From Deltaproteobacteria bacterium (GTDB taxonomy: Bacteria; Desulfobacterota; Binatia; UBA12015): DNA of 64,000 bases. Shown here one piece after another: positions 56,725-64,000 of this stretch; the stretch's first letter is position 1; the number at the start of each line of letters is the position of its first letter. Under the pieces are notes generated by a model that did not search any database, was not told the origin of the DNA, and saw nothing but the letters and a program-made list of their open reading frames with translations. A program made the position numbers and the translations under genes. The stretch is from positions 1 to 64,000 of the forward strand of contig JAYGCM010000069.1 of the NCBI GenBank assembly GCA_046583355.1, given 5' to 3'.

Positions 56725-57600
56725 ATGTCTGTGCCCAAGGTACCTGTTTCGGGTGGAACCCGAGTGGTCGGGATTATTGGCGATCCCGTGGAGCATTCGC
56801 GTTCGCCCGCGATGCATAATGCGGCGTTTCGCGCGCTCGACCTGCCGTGGGTTTACGTTCCCTTTCCGGTTTACGGGCGCAGCGTCGGGGCGGCCATTCG
56901 CGGCGTGCGCGCGCTTGGGCTGGCCGGGCTCAATGTGACGCTTCCGCATAAAGAAGCCGTGCTGCGCCATTTGGACGAACTTACCGAGACCGCGCGCGCC
57001 TGTCAGGCTGTCAATACTATCATCAACCGCCGCGGCACTCTGGTTGGAGACAATACCGATGCGCCCGGATTGACGCGCGACCTGACCGATATCGGCATTC
57101 CCGAAAAGGTCGATATGGCTGTGGTTCTCGGCGCTGGAGGGGCGGCACGCGCTGCCGCCGTCGCCTTGACCAAACGTGCGCGTCGCGTCGTGATCGCGGC
57201 GCGTCGTTCGCCACGGGCGCGCGCACTCGCACGCGATATGAACAAGATTTCGCATGTGCCGGTGAGCGGCGTGCCTTTGTCCGAGTTGGCGCCTGGAGAG
57301 CCCAGCGCGGCCGACCATCTGGGCGGCGCTTCGTTGGTCATCAATGCGACCTCGGTGGGGATGGATGGCGAGGAGTTCTTCCCGCTGGATGTCGCGGCGA
57401 CACCGCGCACCTGTCGTTTCTACGACCTGATCTACACCCAGAAGCGCACGCCATTTCTGGAGTTGGCAGCCAAGAGCCGCCGGCCGACTTCCAACGGTCT
57501 TGGCATGCTCCTGCATCAGGGAGCCCTCGCCTTTACCTTGTGGACCGGAGAGGAAGCGCCGCTGGATGTGATGCGCCGTGCTCTGCGCAGCGCCGAATGA
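56725..57600 (+). CDS. aroE: Shikimate dehydrogenase
   Basis: GDPVEHSRSP.MHN, NVTLPHK, AVNT, GDNTD, GAGGAARA, GMLLHQG. Confidence 0.95.
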   Translation: MSVPKVPVSGGTRVVGIIGDPVEHSRSPAMHNAAFRALDLPWVYVPFPVYGRSVGAAIRGVRALGLAGLNVTLPHKEAVLRHLDELTETARACQAVNTIINRRGTLVGDNTDAPGLTRDLTDIGIPEKVDMAVVLGAGGAARAAAVALTKRARRVVIAARRSPRARALARDMNKISHVPVSGVPLSELAPGEPSAADHLGGASLVINATSVGMDGEEFFPLDVAATPRTCRFYDLIYTQKRTPFLELAAKSRRPTSNGLGMLLHQGALAFTLWTGEEAPLDVMRRALRSAE

Positions 57601-59426
57601 GCGAATTCCGCGGCGGTGGCCGTGGCCGCGGCGGCGCCGGCGGCGGTGCTGCACGCGGCCGTCCGCAGCGCCGAGAGGCCGGTCCGCCGCCAAGCGAAGA
57701 TCTGGGTGAGTCGCTGCGCGCCCTCGATGGGCGCTCCTATGGCGAGTACAAATGCCTGGCGCGACGCGCCTGGCCGCTCGGGGCTTTTCAACTCACGCTC
57801 GAGCATGTCCAGGGCGATCCCTTTGCCGCGCCGAGCCGTGTTCTTCTGGAGGTGCCGGCGCTTGTGCCGGGGCTGGCCGCTTGGGCCTATTCGACCCGCG
57901 ATCAGCGCCGCGCCACGGCCGATTTTCTGCACCGCGCACTGCTCCGTGTGTTGGCGGACGAGGGGCCACGCAGCGGCCACGGCGGCGGCGTCCGGATCAC
58001 GATTGCGGCGCTCGGTCAGGAGATTCTCGAGCGTAGCGCTGTGGTGGTGCTGCCCGATGGTGCCTGCCGCATCCGCCTGTCGGTCGGCCTGCCGGCTGCG
58101 GGGCGGCGGATTCTCGGTCGCGCGGCAGCCGAGTTGTTGTTGCGCCGCATGCCCGAAGCGCTTCAGGCCGCGGTTGCCGCAGGGGCCTTTGCCGAGTCGG
58201 AATTGCGCCGGCAGGTAGAGGTCGTTGAGGATCAGGTTGCCTTGCGTGCGGCGTTGGAGGCGCGCGGGCTGGTCGCCTTTTTGGCCGACGATGCACTTCT
58301 GCCGCGCGCCAGCGGTGTCGATGATCGCCCTCTCGCCGGCGGTCTGCCTCTGCATGCGCCTGCGCCGCTGGCCGTCGAGCTCGACGCACCGAATGCCGGT
58401 CGCCTGCGTGGCCTCGGTATCCGGCGCGGCGTGACTCTGGTGGTCGGCGGTGGCTACCACGGAAAATCAACGCTTCTCGAGGCGCTGGCACGCTCGGTTT
58501 ACGACCATATTCCTGGCGATGGTCGGGAATTTTGTGTGACCAACGAGGCGACCGTTTGCGTGCGCGCCGAAGACGGCCGCGCCGTGCATGGGGTCGATTT
58601 GCGTCCCTTTATCCACGATCTGCCGCTCGGGCGCGATGCGGCAGATTTTTCCAGCGAGGACGCCTCGGGCTCTACCTCGCAGGCCGCGGCGATCGTCGAG
58701 GCGTTGGAGGCGGGCGCGCGCGTTCTGCTGATCGACGAAGATACCGCCGCGACGAATTTCATGATTCGGGATGCGCGTATGCGCCGCCTGGTGCCGGCGG
58801 GTAGCGAGCCGATTACGCCCTTCATCGACCGCGTCCGGCAACTCGCAGAAGAGCAGGGCATCGCCTCGGTTCTGGTGGTCGGCGGTGCTGGCGATTATCT
58901 CGATGTCGCCGATACGGTGGTGCGCATGGAGATCTACGCGCCCGCCGATGTCAGTGAAGAGGCCGCTGCCGTGCGAGCGGCGTTGCCTCTCGGCACCGAC
59001 GCAAGGCCGCAGGCTCCGGGGCCCTGGCCGCAGCCAGCACCGCGCATTCCGGTTCCTGATTCGTTTGACCCCGGCCGCGGTCCGCGCGGCGAGCGCGTGC
59101 GTGCCCGCTCTGTGCGCGGGATTGAGTTCGGCCGCGAGGAGATCGACCTCTCCTTGGTTGCTCAATTGGTCGATGCGGCGCAATGCCGGTGGATCGGCGA
59201 CCAGCTCCTCGATCTCAGCCGCGGACGTTGTGATGGCGCGGCGAGCATCGAAGAGTTGCTCGACGGCATCGAGGCCCGGCTGCGCGAGGGCGGTATTGAG
59301 GCCGTGATCGAGCCGGGTTGGGGCGACCGCGCCGTAGCGCGTCGTTTCGAGGTCGCCACGGCGATCAATCGGCTGCGCACGCTGCGCTGCCGGAGCACGG
59401 CCTCGCCTCGCCTCCCGTCGACTTGA
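57597..59426 (+). CDS. ABC-ATPase domain protein (ABC_ATPase / MRB1590-like family)
   Basis: HVQGDPFAAPS, GGGYHGKST, ASGSTSQAA, LLIDEDTAATNFMIRD, AINRLRTL; ATGA overlap with aroE. Confidence 0.88.
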   Translation: MSEFRGGGRGRGGAGGGAARGRPQRREAGPPPSEDLGESLRALDGRSYGEYKCLARRAWPLGAFQLTLEHVQGDPFAAPSRVLLEVPALVPGLAAWAYSTRDQRRATADFLHRALLRVLADEGPRSGHGGGVRITIAALGQEILERSAVVVLPDGACRIRLSVGLPAAGRRILGRAAAELLLRRMPEALQAAVAAGAFAESELRRQVEVVEDQVALRAALEARGLVAFLADDALLPRASGVDDRPLAGGLPLHAPAPLAVELDAPNAGRLRGLGIRRGVTLVVGGGYHGKSTLLEALARSVYDHIPGDGREFCVTNEATVCVRAEDGRAVHGVDLRPFIHDLPLGRDAADFSSEDASGSTSQAAAIVEALEAGARVLLIDEDTAATNFMIRDARMRRLVPAGSEPITPFIDRVRQLAEEQGIASVLVVGGAGDYLDVADTVVRMEIYAPADVSEEAAAVRAALPLGTDARPQAPGPWPQPAPRIPVPDSFDPGRGPRGERVRARSVRGIEFGREEIDLSLVAQLVDAAQCRWIGDQLLDLSRGRCDGAASIEELLDGIEARLREGGIEAVIEPGWGDRAVARRFEVATAINRLRTLRCRSTASPRLPST

Positions 59427-59548
59427 GGGCCGGAACCCGGCGAGTGGGCCCCCAGCCGGCCCGCAGCCGTGGGGTGGACCCGTAGCCTATGGGGTGGCTG
59501 CCATAGACGCCCCGCTAGCCGGTGCTCTAGCCTCCCGAAGCAGTGGAT

Positions 59549-59576
59549 TTAAGAAGGGCGGGCCGATTGCCGATAT
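59549..59576 (+). promoter_or_regulatory. Sigma28 (FliA/WhiG)-like promoter upstream of pilB
   Basis: TTAAG-N15-GCCGATAT. Confidence 0.55.
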
Positions 59577-59666
59577 CAGGAGTGGATCGAAGGGGTTCTG
59601 CCGCGAGGCGTGCGTCGCGCGGTATAGCGCCGCCCACGGCTCGGGCGAGTTTGCGAGGAGGATGGG

Positions 59667-61421
59667 TTGGGGAGCGTAGAGGCATTGGTGCGACGACAGC
59701 CGGGTGGTGAGCGGAATCCGCAACCCGCCACGAGCCGAATTGGCGAGCTGCTGCTCAGGCGGGGTGTGATCTCGGCGGGCGATCTGCGTCTGGCGCAATC
59801 GCGTCTACGTGAGTCGGGCGGAGCGCTGACCAGCCATATCGTCAAACATTGCGAAATCTCGGAGTCGGAGCTGCTCACCGTCTTGCAGGAAGAATACCAC
59901 CTGCCGGTCGTCGATCCCGCAGCCCTCGACCTTCTCCCCGAGGTCATCGAGATTCTGCCGGCCTCCCTGGTCGCCAAATTCCATGTCGTGCCGGTGAATC
60001 TCAGCCGCACGACGCTCACGCTGGCGATGGCGGACCCGTCGAATCTGGTTGCCATCAACGAGGTGAAATTCCTCACCGGCTTCGATGTGCGGGCGGCGAT
60101 CGGCAGCCCGACCTCGATCGAGCGAGCCATCGAGCGCCATTATGAGCAACACGTCAACTACGGCGACGTTCTCTCCGAGCTTGGCGATGACGAGATGGAG
60201 GTCGTCCGCGCGGAGGAGGACCTCGACCTCAAGCAGTTGGAGCGCGCGACCGAGGAAGCCCCGGTCGTCAAGTTGGTCAACGCCCTGCTATCGGATGCCA
60301 TCAAGAAGCGCGCTTCCGATATCCATATCGAACCCTACGAAAAATCATTGCGCGTCCGCTTTCGCGTCGACGGTGTTCTGCAGGAAATCATGCAGCCGCC
60401 GCTCAAGCTGAAGAACGCCATCACCTCGCGCATCAAGGTCATGGCCTCGCTCGATATCGCCGAACGCCGCATGCCGCAGGACGGCCGCATCAAGGTGAAG
60501 ATCGCCAACGGACGCGAGATCGACCTGCGCGTCTCCACATTGCCGACGCTTTTCGGCGAAAAAGTAGTGCTGCGGATCCTCGACAAGGGTGGTGTGCAGC
60601 TCAACCTCGAGAAGCTGGGCTTCAACGGCATCTCGCTGGAACATTTTCAGGAAGCGATCGCCAAGCCCTACGGCATGATTCTCGTCACGGGCCCGACCGG
60701 CTCGGGCAAGACGACCACGCTCTACGCCGCGCTATCGCAGCTCAATACGGCGGATACGAATATTTCGACCGCGGAAGACCCCGTCGAATACAATCTGCCG
60801 GGCATCAATCAGTTGCAGACGCACGACGATATCGGGCTGAACTTCGCGGTCGCCTTGCGCTCTTTTTTGCGCCAGGACCCGGACGTCATCATGGTGGGTG
60901 AGATCCGCGATTTCGAGACCGCGGAGATCTCCGTCAAGGCAGCCTTGACGGGACATTTGGTCTTCTCGACCGTGCATACCAACGACGCGCCCTCGACCGT
61001 GAACCGGCTCCTCAATATGGGCATCGAGCCCTTCCTGATCGCCTCGTCGGTGAACCTCATCATGGCCCAGCGGCTGGCGCGCAGTGTCTGCGCCAAATGC
61101 AAGGAACCGCAGGAACTCCCTGCGCAGGCTCTGATCGATCTCGGTCTGCCGCCAGAAGAGGCCCAGCCGATTACCGTACAGCGTGGCAAGGGGTGTCCCC
61201 ATTGTGGCGATACGGGTTACCGGGGCCGCACGGCACTCTATGAAGTCATGCGGATGACCGACGCGATGCGCGAGTTGGTGCTCGCCGGCGGATCGGCGAC
61301 CGAGCTCAAGCAGCAGGCGGTGGCCGACGGCATGATCTCGCTGCGCCAGGCCGGTATCGAGAAGATTCGCCAGGGTCTGACGACCGTCGAAGAGGTCATG
61401 CGCGTTACCATGGCCGATTAG
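59667..61421 (+). CDS. pilB: Type IV pilus assembly ATPase PilB (start uncertain)
   Basis: RIGELL N-domain, ASDIHIEP, GPTGSGKTTT, LRQDPD, tetra-Cys motif. Confidence 0.96.
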   Translation: MGSVEALVRRQPGGERNPQPATSRIGELLLRRGVISAGDLRLAQSRLRESGGALTSHIVKHCEISESELLTVLQEEYHLPVVDPAALDLLPEVIEILPASLVAKFHVVPVNLSRTTLTLAMADPSNLVAINEVKFLTGFDVRAAIGSPTSIERAIERHYEQHVNYGDVLSELGDDEMEVVRAEEDLDLKQLERATEEAPVVKLVNALLSDAIKKRASDIHIEPYEKSLRVRFRVDGVLQEIMQPPLKLKNAITSRIKVMASLDIAERRMPQDGRIKVKIANGREIDLRVSTLPTLFGEKVVLRILDKGGVQLNLEKLGFNGISLEHFQEAIAKPYGMILVTGPTGSGKTTTLYAALSQLNTADTNISTAEDPVEYNLPGINQLQTHDDIGLNFAVALRSFLRQDPDVIMVGEIRDFETAEISVKAALTGHLVFSTVHTNDAPSTVNRLLNMGIEPFLIASSVNLIMAQRLARSVCAKCKEPQELPAQALIDLGLPPEEAQPITVQRGKGCPHCGDTGYRGRTALYEVMRMTDAMRELVLAGGSATELKQQAVADGMISLRQAGIEKIRQGLTTVEEVMRVTMAD

Positions 61422-61515
61422 ATTTCCGGCCTTGCCGCAGCGCTGTCGCGCTGGTGTTGCGGGCCTTTGTGTTGCGCGATGTTGCGCCGGTAACTTTTCG
61501 TTGCACCGTCGGTAT

Positions 61516-61543
61516 TCAAGGACTGGCGCAAATCCGCCGATGA
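61516..61543 (+). promoter_or_regulatory. Sigma28-like promoter upstream of pilT
   Basis: TCAAG-N15-GCCGATGA. Confidence 0.55.
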
Positions 61544-61640
61544 AGAGGGAGAAGGCCCAAGTAGACGCTTGGTCCAAGGCTTGCAGTACTTTCAGGGTGT
61601 TGCGCCGGACGGGGGTCCGGAGTTGGGGAGGTTTGTCGGT

Positions 61641-62750
61641 ATGCAGATGCACGAGTTATTTGAGGTGATGTCAGCGCAGGGTGCATCGGATCTTCACCTT
61701 GCGGAGGGCGCTGCGCCTACCATCCGTGTGGACGGCGCGATGCAGCCTCTGGAGGCCGCCGTGCTGACGGCCGCCGATACCCGACAGCTCTGCTACAGCG
61801 TCCTCTCGGAGCAGCAGAAGAAGAAGTTCGAAGAAGAGTCCGAACTCGACTTCTCCTTCGGCGTCCAGGGGCTTTCGCGCTTTCGCGGCAATCTATTCTT
61901 GCAGAAGGGTGCGGTGGGTGGCGTTTTTCGTGCCATCCCGCATGAGGCTCCGCCGCTTGCGGACCTCGGCTTGCCTCCGGCGGTCGATAGGTTGATCAAG
62001 CTGCCGCGTGGTCTGGTGCTCATCACCGGCCCGACTGGCAGTGGTAAATCGACCACGATGGCGGCGATGGTCAACGAGATCAACGAGACCCGCGCCGAGC
62101 ATATCATGACGGTCGAGGACCCGATCGAATTTCTTCATACGCATAAGCGCTGTATCGTCAATCAGCGAGAAGTTTTTGCCGATACGCAGAGCTTCGGCCA
62201 GGCGCTGAAGCATATCCTGCGGCAGGACCCCGATGTAGTATTGGTCGGCGAGTTGCGCGATCTTGAGACCATTGAGGCCGCGCTCACCATCGCCGAGACC
62301 GGACACCTGGTCTTTGCGACCCTGCATACGAACTCGGCCGTACAGACGATCAACCGCGTGATCGACGTTTTTCCGGCACACCAGCAATCCCAGGTGCGTG
62401 CACAGCTTTCGTTGGTGCTCGAAGCCGTGGTCTCGCAAACGCTGATGCCACGTTGCGACCGAGACGGCCGCGCCATGGCCTGCGAGTTGATGATTCCGAA
62501 CGCCGCCATCCGCAACCTCATCCGTGAGGAGAAGGTCCACCAGATCTACTCCCAGATGCAGGTCGGCCAGCAGAAATTCGGCATGATCACACTCTCGCAA
62601 TCGCTTCTGGACCTCTATACCCGCGGGCTGATCACGCGGGATGCCGCCTTGCTCGCAGCGACCGAAACCGATGAGCTCGAGCGCATGATGGGTAGTGCCG
62701 GGACGGCAGGGTCCGGCGCGTCTGGTTCGCGCATTACATTGGCGCGCTAG
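61641..62750 (+). CDS. pilT: Type IV pilus retraction ATPase PilT
   Basis: ASDLHL, GPTGSGKSTT, AIRNLIRE; GGAGG RBS before ATG 61641. Confidence 0.97.
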   Translation: MQMHELFEVMSAQGASDLHLAEGAAPTIRVDGAMQPLEAAVLTAADTRQLCYSVLSEQQKKKFEEESELDFSFGVQGLSRFRGNLFLQKGAVGGVFRAIPHEAPPLADLGLPPAVDRLIKLPRGLVLITGPTGSGKSTTMAAMVNEINETRAEHIMTVEDPIEFLHTHKRCIVNQREVFADTQSFGQALKHILRQDPDVVLVGELRDLETIEAALTIAETGHLVFATLHTNSAVQTINRVIDVFPAHQQSQVRAQLSLVLEAVVSQTLMPRCDRDGRAMACELMIPNAAIRNLIREEKVHQIYSQMQVGQQKFGMITLSQSLLDLYTRGLITRDAALLAATETDELERMMGSAGTAGSGASGSRITLAR

Positions 62751-62757
62751 GTCGATC

Positions 62758-63981
62758 ATGCCGGTTTTTGCCTACGAAGGTCGTACCGCCAGCGGCAAGA
62801 CGCTGCGCGGCGATATGGAAGCGCCCTCGCGTGAGGCCGTGATCGCGCGGCTGCGCTCCCAGCGCATTCAGCCGATTGCCAAGCGGATCCGTGAGAAGGG
62901 CAAGGGCCTGAGCCGCGAGATCAATCTCCCGACCCTCGGACGGGCCGTGAAGCCGCAAGATGTGGTCGTCTTCACCCGCCAGCTGACCACCATGGTCGAG
63001 GCGGGCATGCCCTTGGTGCAGACGCTCGATATCCTCGGCTCGCAGAGCGACAATAAGCATTTCCAGAAGGAGATCCGCCAGGTCAAGGAGTCGGTCGAGT
63101 CCGGCTCGACTTTCTCGGATGCGCTGCGCCGCTTCCCCAAGACCTGGGACGATCTCTATACGAATATGGTTCAGGCCGGCGAGGTCGGCGGCATTCTCGA
63201 CACCATCCTCGGGCGTCTCTCCCTCTATATGGAGAAAACGCTCTCGCTCAAGCGTAAAATAAAAGGCGCGATGATCTACCCGGCCACGATCATTTCGGTG
63301 GCCGTGATCGTTACCCTGATTCTTCTGGTCTTCGTGATTCCTGTTTTTGCCGAGCTTTTCGGCAGCTTTGGCAAGGCGTTGCCGCTGCCCACCCAGATCG
63401 TCATCAATATCTCGAATTTCACGATTGCCTGGATGCATTTGATGGCCGCCGGCGTGGTTCTTTTCGCCCTCGGCGTGCGCCGGACCTATGGCACCGAGCA
63501 CGGGCGCTTCGCCATCGACAAGATGTTGCTCGGCACGCCTATCATCGGGTCGTTGTTGCTCAAGGCTTCGGTGGCGCGCTTTTCGCGCACTCTCGGCACG
63601 CTCGTGTCCTCGGGTGTGCCGATCCTCGATGCTCTGACCATCACCGCCCGGACCTCGGGTAATAAGGTCGTCGAGAGGGCCGCCTTTCGGGTGCGTGAGA
63701 GCATCAGCCAAGGCCGCACGATGCTGGAGCCCTTACTCGCCTCGGGCGTCTTTCCGCCCATGGTCTGCCAGATGATCGGTGCCGGCGAGATGACCGGCTC
63801 GCTTGATCAGATGTTGCAAAAGGTCGCCGATTTCTACGAAGAAGAGGTCGATAACGCAGTCGAGAACCTGACTGCGTTGATGGAACCGCTGGTCATCGTC
63901 GTGCTGGGCGTCATCATTGGCGGCTTGGTGATCTCGATGTACCTGCCGATCTTTCAGCTCGGACAGATTCTCTCGAGCTGA
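62758..63981 (+). CDS. pilC: Type IV pilus platform protein PilC (T2SS F family)
   Basis: FTRQL.TM..AG.PL, AGEVGG.LD, AMIYP, LMEP..MYLPIF. Confidence 0.96.
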   Translation: MPVFAYEGRTASGKTLRGDMEAPSREAVIARLRSQRIQPIAKRIREKGKGLSREINLPTLGRAVKPQDVVVFTRQLTTMVEAGMPLVQTLDILGSQSDNKHFQKEIRQVKESVESGSTFSDALRRFPKTWDDLYTNMVQAGEVGGILDTILGRLSLYMEKTLSLKRKIKGAMIYPATIISVAVIVTLILLVFVIPVFAELFGSFGKALPLPTQIVINISNFTIAWMHLMAAGVVLFALGVRRTYGTEHGRFAIDKMLLGTPIIGSLLLKASVARFSRTLGTLVSSGVPILDALTITARTSGNKVVERAAFRVRESISQGRTMLEPLLASGVFPPMVCQMIGAGEMTGSLDQMLQKVADFYEEEVDNAVENLTALMEPLVIVVLGVIIGGLVISMYLPIFQLGQILSS

Positions 63982-64000
63982 GGACTTTCGTCTCCTTTGG

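Overview
This is a GC-rich bacterial chromosomal segment. A Candidatus Binatia/Deltaproteobacteria-like origin is inferred from the Cys-rich secreted-protein tail, the paralogous TonB receptors and the aroE-pilB-pilT-pilC order. Gene order from left to right: (1) a 5'-truncated multidomain secreted metallopeptidase; (2) a TetR-controlled catabolic cluster of unknown substrate (flavin oxidoreductase, DHDPS-like aldolase, enolase-superfamily enzyme, Nramp-fold transporter); (3) a TonB receptor and sulfatase; (4) a long minus-strand run, grpE-dnaK-dnaJ-thiL-2x CBS/CorC-larB-ABC1 kinase, then larC-TPR-LolB-like-ABC binding protein-Mre11/Rad50-like pair, interrupted by a second TonB receptor; (5) recO; (6) a ~10 kb accessory stretch (porin-like gene, 3 glycosyltransferases, vapBC, SGNH protein, WS/DGAT pseudogene, low-GC sterol-methyltransferase-like gene, broken receiver-domain gene); (7) glyQS, murB, an acyltransferase and ppdK; (8) a beta-propeller lipoprotein, aroE, an ABC-ATPase-domain protein and pilB-pilT-pilC. 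The most interesting signals are non-coding. A ~260-nt structured transcription unit after ppdK has its own promoter and terminator and an 11-codon ORF (MSNTLDDPPGY). Two families of short dispersed repeats occur, one of which supplies stop codons to genes. Twin sigma28-like promoters lie before pilB and pilT. No CRISPR array, tRNA, rRNA, transposase or integrase was seen. All family assignments come from motif recognition by eye, not from database searches.
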